Source of the DNA: a virus
Virus record (IMG/VR): IMGVR_UViG_3300042310_000541
Coordinates: 1 to 64,000 of that record
DNA: 64,000 nt
Direction: 5' to 3' (one strand)
The position numbers were made by a program, and so were the translations under genes. A model generated the notes under the pieces. The model ran no database searches, had not been told where the DNA came from, and saw nothing but the letters and a program-made list of their open reading frames with translations. The first letter of the stretch is position 1; the number at the start of each line of letters is the position of its first letter. Positions 26,880 through 37,503 of the stretch are shown here, piece by piece.

Positions 26880-29800
26880 TGAATCAAACTATAAATACAT
26901 TCACTGCTGGTATAAATCAGGATTTAGCTAAGTCTCTATATAAAGAAGGTAATTACCTAGATGCTAGCAATATTACTTTACTTACAGACTCTGGATTAAG
27001 TACTGCTGTTGTTCAAAATAAAAAAGGAAATAAACTGCAAGTTAAATTTCCATTAACTATTCCAGCTTCTAATTATGAAGCAAGTGGGGAGTATCCAGTT
27101 TCAATACCTGCTCAAGACAATTTGATTGTTATTGGAGGATCTGTTATTATAGATAGTTCAGGAATAGAAACTTTAATATTTTTTACTAAAAGCAGAACCA
27201 CTTCAAACTCAAGTTATGAAGGATATGGTCAAATATGGAAATGTAATTTCTTAGGGACAACTGATGATATATCAGGTACTATTAATGGCTACCAGTTAAG
27301 CGTTAATTTTCACATGATTTACAATAGATTTTTAAATTTTAAATTTGTTACTAAATTAAAAGTAATTAGTAAATTTGAAAATAGTAATATAGCTAGAGTT
27401 TATTGGAGAGATAGTTTTAATCCATTAAGATCTTTTAATACAATAGGGCCTAACAATGCTTTACTTGAAACACCAGTAAGAACTTTGCCTATTGTTTCTG
27501 GAGTTAATTTAGATGCTCCAGTTATAAGCAGACTAATTAAAGGAAGTTTACCTGAAGGTAAATATCAATTAGCTTATAGATTATTAAGTAAATACGGTGA
27601 TTTAACTAACTTTAGTACTTGCAGTAATTTAATAGATGTTATTGAAGGAGATGAGTTTAATAGTGTATTTGGATACCCAGCAGGAGATACATTGACATTT
27701 ACAAATGATGGACAAGCCAAACAAGATACTAAAGAATTTATAGATTCAGGGAAAGGTATTGAGTATTACTTAGCAAAAGTAGATAAAGATTATGATTTAA
27801 TTCAGTATGCTTTAATTCATTATAGTCAACCAAATATACCTGAAATATATGTTTATCCTTACAAAGAAGTATCCTTGCATGTAAAGCAATATGAAAGCTT
27901 TACTGATTTGTTTACAGATACTTATATATTAAATTTAGATGAGTTTAATGTAATGTATTCACCATTTGAAACAGCTGAAGCAATAGCTGTTAAGGATAAT
28001 ATTTTATATGCAGCAAATACTAAAAATGAGATGTTTAAAGTAAATGCTGACTTTAGAGCTTATAGATATGACTCTGGAGGATATGCTATTACATATGAAT
28101 TGGATGGAACTGCTAATACTTTTACTACTAATTACCCTAATGACAATTTATTAGATGTTATAAATTCTTATAATGATGAAAGCGGTAAAATCTTTGGATT
28201 AAATCCTGGAGGAAATCCGTCAACCTGGTATAATAGTCATCAGTTTAAATACAAACAAGATGGTGTTACATTAGGAGGTCAAGGTCCTAATATAAGTTAT
28301 ACTTTTGCAGCTACTCCAATATTAGTTGATGTAGGAATAGGATTAGCTGTTAACTCTGCCCCATTAATAAAGACAAAAGTTGATAACAACAATGTGCTAC
28401 AAAGTGTACCTTACCATATTACTAATAACAATGGAAGTTTTAGTTCATTAAAATCTCCTTATAAAGCTAGCTGTCAAGTATCTTGGCAAAGAGGTGAAGT
28501 TTATAGATTTGGTATAGTATTTATAAATACAAAAGGACAAACTTCTTATGTAAATTGGATAGGTGATATTAAAATGCCTGACTTTAATGAAAGTAACCGT
28601 GATTTTTCTTTGTTATCAGCTAACAGTGATGGTAATTTATATATGTATTCAACTTATATAAACTTTGATGTTACAGTTCCTGAAGGATTAGGAGAAGATA
28701 TAAGTGGATTTAGAATAGTTTATGTTGAAAGAAGAGATAATGATAAGACTAGATTTGGAACTGCAATAACTGGCGGGTTAAATAATTTTGATAGACCAGG
28801 ATTAGCAGGAGAAGCAAGAGAAATAGTTTCTTCAATTGTAGCTACAGTTATTTGCTACAAAATAGCTAGGTATATAGATGATATAGATGGAGCTGCTGAT
28901 TTATTTAAGATTAAAGAAGGCCTTAGAAACAAAATTATAACAACTGTTGCTGCTGCTTTAGCTCAAAAATTACAAATTTTGCCTGATGCTGCTTTTCAAA
29001 GAGTAGTTAGTTCTGAAGATATAGCTGATTTTGTAGATAATGTTTTAGATGGAGCTGTTAATACTGATGGAGGTCTGGGGGTATTTGGATCTTTAGTAAA
29101 AACTATTCTTCCAAAAACAATTGAAAGAATTAAAGAATCTGTTAAAGAAGATTTAAGAAGTGTTTTAGCTGCAAAAGTAGCTGGAATACATCCAAATGTT
29201 TTAAGCTTAGGTCAAATAGGTTTTGCTTATTCAGGCTTTCCAAGCTCTACAGGAGGATTTGGAATTTTAGGTTATACTATTTCACCAGAAATAGATTTTG
29301 ATAAATATACTTTTAAACAAGGAGATTATTTAAAACCTATTAATAAATTTGGTCAAGATCAAAAAATAATACATGAGTTACATAGAGATAACACTGTGGG
29401 TCTTTATAATATATTAGATAGTTCAGCTTATTTAAAAAAATGGTATAAAGGAGCTATTATTCCTTGGAATCAAGTAGCTGATAGTGACTCAAGAAGAATC
29501 TATATAAAAAATCAAAAAGTATTAATTCCTGGAGAATTGTTAGGAACAGGATTTGAGGACGTATTTACTAATGGTATTGGAGGTTCTGGAGAATTAGATT
29601 ATGTTTTATCAAATAGTTACATAGCGACTATTCCTCAAGCTGATAATTTAGGACGCATATTTAATAGTGCTTCTTTAATAGCTACTGACATAGCAATAGC
29701 TGTAAAACATGGCTTTGAAAACGCTAATAATTCTGTGTTTCAATTTTCTACTGCTGTGAATTTTCTAAATAAAGTATTAAGGCCTCATAGCGTTTTAGGG

Positions 29801-31777
29801 ATTGGAGATAAAAAACAATTTATAGCAGCAACATGCTCCTTTAGCGAAGATGGTAGTTCTGGAATTCCTCGTGATTCGTGGGGTGATCCTTTAGACACCA
29901 GTTGGCTGGATTATGAATCTCATTTAGAGGGACTAAAAGACGAACTATTAAATGATGCTCGAGAATCTATTAGATTGGTAGATTATATAGGTGATTATAC
30001 AGTAAGTTACAATAGACCTATTAGTATTAATCAATATGGTGGAATAGGATTTTCAAGCAGAGCTAATAATGAGTATATTCCAGCAAGTGAATTTAGAGCT
30101 GTTACTGATAAATCAACAGCAGCTAGAACTTATTCAATCAAAGCAAATTTAGGAGATACTTATCTAGGTGTTTATGATGCTGTTAATTACTGTTACTACT
30201 ATAATGCAGTTAAACCAAATGGTTATCAACCTCCTATAAGAAGTAAAAAAGGACTGTATGAAATATTTCCTTGTGAATCTAGTTTTAATTTTAATCTTAG
30301 AGAAGGTGAGCATCCAATCACTAGTTTATCATTAGATGATTTAAAGGAAAATTCTGAATTTAAAACCGATAGTCTAAGTAATCCAGATCAAAGTAAGTTA
30401 TTTAAATTTGTTAAGAAAACAACTAAAGCTATTAAAAGAACTGAGGGTGTTGGAGTTGCTGGAGCAATTGGTGTTGGCGCAGTTATTGTAGGAGGAGCAG
30501 CATTAGCCCCAATTGCAATAGGAGCTTATATACTTTACAAAAGAAGAAATGCAGCTAAAAAAATAGCTAAAGTTGCTGATACAGGTCAAACTGTTTTAAC
30601 AACAGAAAGATTTTTATTATCTGAATTTAAATACAATGATGTATTCCATCAAAAATATAATATAAATAGATTTTTTCCCCCAAGCTTATTCTTTGATAAT
30701 GAAGTAGATGAATATTCAAATAGGATTTGGAATTCTAAATTAAAGATAGATGGAGAAATTATTGATAGCTGGAGAGATTTTCAATTTGTAGATTATCTTG
30801 ATGTAGAAGGGACTCAAGGTCCTATTACAGAATTAATTGTTAATAAAAATAAATTATTATTTTATCAACAAAATGGAATTGGAGTAGCTAGCAGTAATGA
30901 AAGAGGGGCTGTGCAAGGAGAAAGTGGTAATATTGTTTTATCTAATAATAAAATATTATTAAGATATGATTATATAACCAAAGAAACAGGTACAGCTTTT
31001 CAAGAGGGCATAGTAAATACAAATAGCAATGTTTATCATTATGATAGTAATATTAATAAAATTTTTAAGTTAGGAGAAGGATTAGAATGTATTTCAGACA
31101 ACTTAGGTTTATTTAGTAAGTTTCAAACTATAACTAACAACATTAATAAAAATCCTAAAGGTGCTATTGGTATATATGATGTAAATTATCAAACAGTTTA
31201 CTTTACATTTAAAGATTTTCAAAATTCTAATAATGATTTTACATTGGGGTTCAATGAAAAGCTTGGAGTTTTTGAAAGCTTTTATAGTTTTAAACCTGAT
31301 ATATATTTAAACTTAAATCAAAGAGTATTTAGCAGCTTAGGCAATGATGAATGCTACTGGCATAATAAAGGTGATTATGGAAGTTTCTATGGTACTTACT
31401 ATCCAAGTTCTGTTAAGTTCTTAACTAATGAAAATCCTACTTATACTAAAGTATGGGATAATCAACAGTTTCAAACTGAGGTATATGATACTAATGGAGT
31501 CCTACTTAACTTAGATACAATAGATACAATACAACACACAACAGAAAACCAAGATGCAGGTTTAATAACTCTTGTACCTCAAACTAATATTAACAAAGTA
31601 GAAAGGGATTGGAAATTACAAATACAAAGAGATTTAGCTAATGCTACTTACTCTACTTTATCTAAACCTAGATTAAGAGATTTGTATTTACAAACTGAAT
31701 TAACTTTTACAAATGAAGATAATAAGAGATTTATATTGCATCCAATAACAACATTTTATAGACAATCAATACATTAA
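26879..31777 (+). CDS. Tail stabilisation/muzzle protein (P22 gp10-like)
   Basis: NTFTAGINQD..Y.DA.N start, RGEVYRFGIVF, WIGDIKMP, GDTY, DSWRDF...YLDVEG..GPI, FESFYSFKP, KPRLRD. Confidence 0.8.
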   Translation: MNQTINTFTAGINQDLAKSLYKEGNYLDASNITLLTDSGLSTAVVQNKKGNKLQVKFPLTIPASNYEASGEYPVSIPAQDNLIVIGGSVIIDSSGIETLIFFTKSRTTSNSSYEGYGQIWKCNFLGTTDDISGTINGYQLSVNFHMIYNRFLNFKFVTKLKVISKFENSNIARVYWRDSFNPLRSFNTIGPNNALLETPVRTLPIVSGVNLDAPVISRLIKGSLPEGKYQLAYRLLSKYGDLTNFSTCSNLIDVIEGDEFNSVFGYPAGDTLTFTNDGQAKQDTKEFIDSGKGIEYYLAKVDKDYDLIQYALIHYSQPNIPEIYVYPYKEVSLHVKQYESFTDLFTDTYILNLDEFNVMYSPFETAEAIAVKDNILYAANTKNEMFKVNADFRAYRYDSGGYAITYELDGTANTFTTNYPNDNLLDVINSYNDESGKIFGLNPGGNPSTWYNSHQFKYKQDGVTLGGQGPNISYTFAATPILVDVGIGLAVNSAPLIKTKVDNNNVLQSVPYHITNNNGSFSSLKSPYKASCQVSWQRGEVYRFGIVFINTKGQTSYVNWIGDIKMPDFNESNRDFSLLSANSDGNLYMYSTYINFDVTVPEGLGEDISGFRIVYVERRDNDKTRFGTAITGGLNNFDRPGLAGEAREIVSSIVATVICYKIARYIDDIDGAADLFKIKEGLRNKIITTVAAALAQKLQILPDAAFQRVVSSEDIADFVDNVLDGAVNTDGGLGVFGSLVKTILPKTIERIKESVKEDLRSVLAAKVAGIHPNVLSLGQIGFAYSGFPSSTGGFGILGYTISPEIDFDKYTFKQGDYLKPINKFGQDQKIIHELHRDNTVGLYNILDSSAYLKKWYKGAIIPWNQVADSDSRRIYIKNQKVLIPGELLGTGFEDVFTNGIGGSGELDYVLSNSYIATIPQADNLGRIFNSASLIATDIAIAVKHGFENANNSVFQFSTAVNFLNKVLRPHSVLGIGDKKQFIAATCSFSEDGSSGIPRDSWGDPLDTSWLDYESHLEGLKDELLNDARESIRLVDYIGDYTVSYNRPISINQYGGIGFSSRANNEYIPASEFRAVTDKSTAARTYSIKANLGDTYLGVYDAVNYCYYYNAVKPNGYQPPIRSKKGLYEIFPCESSFNFNLREGEHPITSLSLDDLKENSEFKTDSLSNPDQSKLFKFVKKTTKAIKRTEGVGVAGAIGVGAVIVGGAALAPIAIGAYILYKRRNAAKKIAKVADTGQTVLTTERFLLSEFKYNDVFHQKYNINRFFPPSLFFDNEVDEYSNRIWNSKLKIDGEIIDSWRDFQFVDYLDVEGTQGPITELIVNKNKLLFYQQNGIGVASSNERGAVQGESGNIVLSNNKILLRYDYITKETGTAFQEGIVNTNSNVYHYDSNINKIFKLGEGLECISDNLGLFSKFQTITNNINKNPKGAIGIYDVNYQTVYFTFKDFQNSNNDFTLGFNEKLGVFESFYSFKPDIYLNLNQRVFSSLGNDECYWHNKGDYGSFYGTYYPSSVKFLTNENPTYTKVWDNQQFQTEVYDTNGVLLNLDTIDTIQHTTENQDAGLITLVPQTNINKVERDWKLQIQRDLANATYSTLSKPRLRDLYLQTELTFTNEDNKRFILHPITTFYRQSIH

Positions 31778-31780
31778 GAT

Positions 31781-34700
31781 ATGCCTGATGAAAATAAAAA
31801 ACAAAGAACTTATGAAGAAGTTCAAGGTGAAATAAATTTCTTAACAAACAAAAAAAAAGAGTATCAAAAGAAAGTATCTGAAGCTATAGATAAAGTTGAA
31901 AGTGACCCAGATAAAGTAGCTAAGCTTAAAACATATGTTAACAATCTTACTCTTGGAGCTACTGAAAAAGAAAGGAAATTCTGTATAGGTTCAGCTTGTT
32001 ATACTTTAAATCAAGCAGGAGAATTGTTAAAGTACACATCTAATGCTTCAGTAGAAAAAGATATAACAAGTGGAAAGTTAAAAGGTTATCATTATGATTA
32101 CAATTTAAATGATGTAGAGCCTGGCGATATATTGCAATTAAACAAAAAAACAGAGAAGGGTCTTAGAGGAGCTCCTTATCATGGAATGCTAGTAAAAAAA
32201 GTTGAGAAAGATAAGTCTGGAAATGTGACTGCAGTAGAGTACTATGGAAGTCAAGGATTAGCTGAGTCATTTGGAACACATAGAATAGAAGGAGTATCTC
32301 TTGATAACTATAGAGCTGATAAAACAAGTCATGAAGTAATTAAAAAAGATTTTATACCAAATTCTCTTTATGCAGAAAGAGATGCAGTTAAACCCATAGT
32401 TAAACCTATAGTTAAAAAATATGTAGATTATGAGCCAAATCAGACTATTGGTTACTTAGGGAGTAACGATGAGTCTGAAGATAAAAAGAAAAATAGAGCA
32501 GAGTATATAGATAAAATGATGGGTAGAAAAGAAGAGCTTATGAGAGCTTACAATCTATCTAACAATGAATATAATGATTTAGTAAAATTATCAGCTGGAA
32601 TTATTGACCAAGAATCTGAATATGGAACATCAGCAAGATATAAAGCAAAGAATATTCCTGGAGTTCAATTTGTAGGTAAAATATTAAAAGGTGATATTAA
32701 AGAAGCTTTTTCTCTAGATGAATATTCTACTGGAGCTGGGCAGGGAAAAGAAAAGTACTTTCCATCTAAAGCAGGTAAGAAATTTGGTATAACTCCAGAT
32801 AGTAAAGAAGCTACATTACTTACTGTATTAGATAGATATTCAAATCAAGTTTCAAGTGAATTAAAAGGAACTTCAGCAGCTTATTTAAAAACAGCTAATG
32901 TTTATAAAGGAATGTCAAGTGATAATAATGAATATGCAAAATCTGTTTTAGATAAAGCATCTTCATTTGGATTAACAAACTACGATCATAGTAAAGCTAG
33001 TTTAATTAATATAAAAAATAAAGCAATTGAAAAAAAACAAAATTTAATGCAACAATCATTTGCTCCAGTTGTTAAACAGGAGAATTTTGTTAATATTAAA
33101 AAAGAACCAGTTGTTAAGTTTGAGTATGGAGGTTTATTAAATAGCTTAGATAATAATAAATTTCAAGATGGCGGTGAGTTTGGTGATTATAAACAAGCAG
33201 GCCCAGTAGAAGATAGGCCATCTGAATATGTGGGAAAAGCAGGAATGACAGGAATGATGAGAGCTAAAATAGCTACTGAAGCTAATTATGGAAATCCTTC
33301 TGCATTAAGAATAGTATCACCTAATCCTAACAAGTATACTTTTACAGGAGAAGAAAAAGATTGGAGAGGAAATCAAGCTTCACCAGCAGGTACTTATGGA
33401 ACACATTTTATGAGTTCTTTTGGTAATCAAGCAAGACCTGGGTTACAAGAAGTTAATGGTAAAATGCAGTATTTTCAAGATCCTCCAAGAAATAGTAAAG
33501 AAAATATTAATTTTTCAAGGCCTGAAGATGCTAACTATTTTGCTGAAAACTATAAAGATGTTGCCCCAATGATGAGGGGTACAGCTCCAGATGTTACTAA
33601 TGCTACAGAGTATGTAAAAGGTTGGTATAACTCGCCTATGTATGATAAAATATTAAGAAACCAAATTGCAGATGCAGGTATAAAAAGTCCTAGACGTACA
33701 GAAAGAATTGTAAAAAGATATAACAATAATTTTAATAAAGATCTTAATAATTCATTTTATGATGTTACTCCTGATATAGTAGACAGTCCTGAATATTATG
33801 GAAGAAGCATTAATGATTATAAAGGAGGTAAAAAAATAAATTTAAATAAGAATTTTGTAGAAAGTAATCCTAAATTAGTTAATAGTTTGTTTTCACATGA
33901 ATTAGCTCATGATAATTTAATGACAGATATGGATGAAAAATATATAAATAAAAATACTCCACAATATAATCCAACAATACACAATGAAAAAACATATAAT
34001 AAACTTACACATCCTGGAGAAGTAAGATCTCAAATACATTCTATTAGACAGCTAAGTGGAGAAAATAAAATTTATGACCCACTTACCCAACCTTTTAAAA
34101 AGGAATACTTAGATAAAGTAAATGAGTCTTATAAACAAGGGACTGGAGATAAAAAATATGAAAATTACAATCAATTACAAAGATTAAGACAGTTTTATTC
34201 AGATGATCAGATTACTGAGATGATGAATACTATAACTAAATCTAATTCTAATGATGGAAAGGTTTATGCAAAGAATGGAGGTTGGTTAGATGGTTTAACT
34301 ACTAACAAGTTTGATATGGGAGGTTTATTAGATGGTTTAGATAAAGGTACTCAAGTTCCTGATGCTACAGCTACAGCTAAACCTGTAGTAGATTTAAACT
34401 TTGCTGTAACACCTGCACAAAAACAAGTTGCTGCTAAAAATAAAAGACAAGCAGAAGTTGATATGCAAGTAGACCATCCTGAGTTTTATCGTAATCAGAA
34501 TTTTCTAGATAAGAAAGCTGTTAAGCCTTACAATGTTGAAGATTATAAAAAAGGTATAAAAGAACCTGGATTACAAACTAGTGCAGATCCTATTGATTTA
34601 GTAGGTACAGGTGTTTATAAAAACATTTTTAAAAATAGTGTAAGGGCTATTTACCCTACAATGGAAAAAACACTTTTAAAAACACAAAATTTAGCTGGAA

Positions 34701-35461
34701 AAGCTATAACTTCAAAACCTGTAAATCAAATTGTTGATAAATTTAATAAAGCAGGAAAAGCAGAACAGAAAGTACAACAAGGTAGTGATTACATTGATAA
34801 TTGGTATGAAAATCCTTTAATAAATGAGAGGTACAATAATTTTAGAAATAAGGGGGCAATAGATTCTTATAAATCAACGAAAGCTGGGGATATTATAAAT
34901 TTAATTAAAGGTAGTAATAAACCAAGATATTCAGAAGTTTTAAGCAATCCTAAAAGTAACATAAAATTATCTTTAGATTATGAAAAATTAGATCGTAAAC
35001 CACTTAGTAATATGGGTATAGCTTATGACTATGGAGATACTTATGTAAATAAATTAGCTAAAAATAAAGCTAGTGTTGCTGCACATGAAAGAACCCATCA
35101 ATACTTTCCTGGTTTTACTTATAATGAAGCTGAAATAAAAGCTTTAAGAGAACCTTTTAAATTAGGTAATACAAAATATGAAAGATACTTAAAGAAGCCA
35201 CAAGAACTACATGCTAGAATTAATGAAGCTAGATTTCAATTAGGATTAAAACCTGAAGACAAAGTTACTTCAGAAATGTTAAAAAAGTTAAAAACAAATA
35301 CACCAGGTATGAAAAAAATGTTTAATTCTGTTAAAGATGAAAAAGCTCTAATAAATTTATTTAATAATTTTTATACACCTGCTGCAATAGTAGGTGTTGG
35401 AGCCAAAGCGCTAGAACAAGATAAAAAACAAAACGGAGGTTGGTTAGACAATTTAAAATAA
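31781..35461 (+). CDS. Modular virion cargo protein: CHAP/NlpC-like + lysozyme-like + two zincin modules, separated by GG motifs
   Basis: FCIGSAC...GDILQL...YHGML; GIIDQESEYG; HELAH (33896) and HERTH (35084). Confidence 0.6.
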   Translation: MPDENKKQRTYEEVQGEINFLTNKKKEYQKKVSEAIDKVESDPDKVAKLKTYVNNLTLGATEKERKFCIGSACYTLNQAGELLKYTSNASVEKDITSGKLKGYHYDYNLNDVEPGDILQLNKKTEKGLRGAPYHGMLVKKVEKDKSGNVTAVEYYGSQGLAESFGTHRIEGVSLDNYRADKTSHEVIKKDFIPNSLYAERDAVKPIVKPIVKKYVDYEPNQTIGYLGSNDESEDKKKNRAEYIDKMMGRKEELMRAYNLSNNEYNDLVKLSAGIIDQESEYGTSARYKAKNIPGVQFVGKILKGDIKEAFSLDEYSTGAGQGKEKYFPSKAGKKFGITPDSKEATLLTVLDRYSNQVSSELKGTSAAYLKTANVYKGMSSDNNEYAKSVLDKASSFGLTNYDHSKASLINIKNKAIEKKQNLMQQSFAPVVKQENFVNIKKEPVVKFEYGGLLNSLDNNKFQDGGEFGDYKQAGPVEDRPSEYVGKAGMTGMMRAKIATEANYGNPSALRIVSPNPNKYTFTGEEKDWRGNQASPAGTYGTHFMSSFGNQARPGLQEVNGKMQYFQDPPRNSKENINFSRPEDANYFAENYKDVAPMMRGTAPDVTNATEYVKGWYNSPMYDKILRNQIADAGIKSPRRTERIVKRYNNNFNKDLNNSFYDVTPDIVDSPEYYGRSINDYKGGKKINLNKNFVESNPKLVNSLFSHELAHDNLMTDMDEKYINKNTPQYNPTIHNEKTYNKLTHPGEVRSQIHSIRQLSGENKIYDPLTQPFKKEYLDKVNESYKQGTGDKKYENYNQLQRLRQFYSDDQITEMMNTITKSNSNDGKVYAKNGGWLDGLTTNKFDMGGLLDGLDKGTQVPDATATAKPVVDLNFAVTPAQKQVAAKNKRQAEVDMQVDHPEFYRNQNFLDKKAVKPYNVEDYKKGIKEPGLQTSADPIDLVGTGVYKNIFKNSVRAIYPTMEKTLLKTQNLAGKAITSKPVNQIVDKFNKAGKAEQKVQQGSDYIDNWYENPLINERYNNFRNKGAIDSYKSTKAGDIINLIKGSNKPRYSEVLSNPKSNIKLSLDYEKLDRKPLSNMGIAYDYGDTYVNKLAKNKASVAAHERTHQYFPGFTYNEAEIKALREPFKLGNTKYERYLKKPQELHARINEARFQLGLKPEDKVTSEMLKKLKTNTPGMKKMFNSVKDEKALINLFNNFYTPAAIVGVGAKALEQDKKQNGGWLDNLK

Positions 35462-35467
35462 TTAATT

Positions 35468-37471
35468 ATGACAAAGCAAGAAATACTTAAAACACACAAG
35501 ATGACCGAGAAGGAGTTCTACAAGAAGTTTCCTACTTTAGAAGCATATAATCAATTTCAAATGGGAGGTTCTTTATCTCCTAAACAAAAGTTTCAAGGTG
35601 GTGGTTTTGCTCTTCCAGTTGATCCTAGTGTTATGCAAAATATTACAAAAACAGTTCCAACTTTTGGAAATGGGGCAGGTGGAGCAGTTGGAGCTTCTGC
35701 AGGAGGTGCAGCAAGTGGATTAGGTTCAGCAGCAGGACCAGCAGCATCAGCTATATCAGCAGTTCCTGAATTAATACAAGGAGCTAAACAACCTAGTGGT
35801 CCTGAAAAAGGGAAAGCTGTTGGTAAAACAATCGGTTCTACAGCAGGAGGTATTGGTGGGGCCATTGCAGGTTCAATCCTATTACCTGGAGTTGGTACAG
35901 TTATCGGAGGTATGTTAGGTAGTACACTTGGAGGAATGGCTGGTGGAGGTATTGGTAAAATGGTAGGTAATCAAAACCAAGAGTTTAAGCAAGAAACTAA
36001 TCAATTTAAGATGGGTGGTGATTTTACAGATTTTAAAGGATATACACATGAAGATGGAGGTGTGACATTTCCAGGAACAAACATTGAAGTTGAAAAAAAT
36101 GAAACAAAAGCTAAACTTCCTGATGGAAGAAAAGTTATTTTTACAAATTCAAATGAAATTCCGTATAAAGGAAAAAGAACTTATGCCCAAGAACATAGAT
36201 CTATAGAAAAAAAGTATTTTAGAAATGACTTAACTGATATGAATACAAAGAAAAGATTGATACCAAAATTATTTGAAGATCAAGAAATGAAAAAAGAACA
36301 AAAGCAAGCAATGATGTTAACTGATTTAAAAAATCAATATATGATGTATGGAGGCAAATTAAGAATGGCTCCAGGAGGAGAAATTAATTACAATTATCCA
36401 ATGAGTGAAGACAGAACTACATCAGTAGCTGGTGGTTCTCCTGGATATATAAAGCCTAAATCATTTGCAGCAATGCCTGTAGATCTTAATCCTAAACCCT
36501 TTTTAGCATATCCAACTGGACCTAAAAATACAAAAGATTTTCAAGATTGGATGGATGTAAATAATCCTACTTGGTACAAGGGTGCAAAATTTAGTGAGAA
36601 TCCTGATTATAAAGGCTATTATGGAACTTATGGAAGCAATACACAAAATGCTTACAAAAATTTTAGTAATGATTATGAAATAATGATTGGAGATCAACAA
36701 AGACGTAAGGATTTAAATTTAACTCCAATGCCTAGAATGGGAATAACAAAACCAGATGATTTAAATCCTAAGATAAATGATAAAATGTTAGATGTTCCTG
36801 ATTTTTATCATAGTCCAGGTAAAAGTAAACCTAAAGTTTATGATGGACCTTCATATGCAAATTTAGCTGCTCAAAGCTTGGGAGATGCTTATAATATTGG
36901 AAGAGGATTAAAAGGGCCTGATCCTGTAGACTTTGAAAGAGTTAAACCTTCATTTATGTATGCAGATCCAAAGCCTGCTATTACTGCTATGAATAATGCA
37001 ACAAGTACTAGCTTTAATAACGCTAGAAATTCTATAAATAATAGTGGTGCAGGAAGAGCTGAAAGACTAACTTTCTTAACACAAACTGCTGGACAAGAAA
37101 GCTTAAAAAGAGGATTAGGTGAAGCTCAAATAAAATCAGAGTATGATAAAATGAATACAAATACTTACAATTCAATTGCTAATCAAGCTAAATCTCAAAA
37201 TGCTCAAATTCAAATGGCTGAATCTGAAGCTAGACAGAAAGAACAAGATGCAGCAAGAAGTTCAATAAGTACTGGTCTTTCTGGTTTAGGATCTAAAGTA
37301 GGAGGATTTAATAGTGCAAAAAGTTCTTGGAATAATCAAAATGATTTACTATCTTTGATGCGTAACAAAGGCTTTTATCCAGTTGAAGGAAAAGATGGAA
37401 AAATGATGTGGAAAAAAGACGGAGTGAATGTTCCTTATGAAGTAGGAATAACAAGTGCTTTTGGAAAATAA
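35468..37471 (+). CDS. Virion cargo/ejection protein with glycine-zipper membrane segment
   Basis: GxxxG-rich segment GKTIGSTAGGIGGAIAGSILLPGVGTVIGGMLG; GYTHEDGGV...EVEKNE motif; repeated FxMGG. Confidence 0.6.
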   Translation: MTKQEILKTHKMTEKEFYKKFPTLEAYNQFQMGGSLSPKQKFQGGGFALPVDPSVMQNITKTVPTFGNGAGGAVGASAGGAASGLGSAAGPAASAISAVPELIQGAKQPSGPEKGKAVGKTIGSTAGGIGGAIAGSILLPGVGTVIGGMLGSTLGGMAGGGIGKMVGNQNQEFKQETNQFKMGGDFTDFKGYTHEDGGVTFPGTNIEVEKNETKAKLPDGRKVIFTNSNEIPYKGKRTYAQEHRSIEKKYFRNDLTDMNTKKRLIPKLFEDQEMKKEQKQAMMLTDLKNQYMMYGGKLRMAPGGEINYNYPMSEDRTTSVAGGSPGYIKPKSFAAMPVDLNPKPFLAYPTGPKNTKDFQDWMDVNNPTWYKGAKFSENPDYKGYYGTYGSNTQNAYKNFSNDYEIMIGDQQRRKDLNLTPMPRMGITKPDDLNPKINDKMLDVPDFYHSPGKSKPKVYDGPSYANLAAQSLGDAYNIGRGLKGPDPVDFERVKPSFMYADPKPAITAMNNATSTSFNNARNSINNSGAGRAERLTFLTQTAGQESLKRGLGEAQIKSEYDKMNTNTYNSIANQAKSQNAQIQMAESEARQKEQDAARSSISTGLSGLGSKVGGFNSAKSSWNNQNDLLSLMRNKGFYPVEGKDGKMMWKKDGVNVPYEVGITSAFGK

Positions 37472-37503
37472 TAATAACAGCAAAGCAAATTTAAAAAAAT
37501 AAT

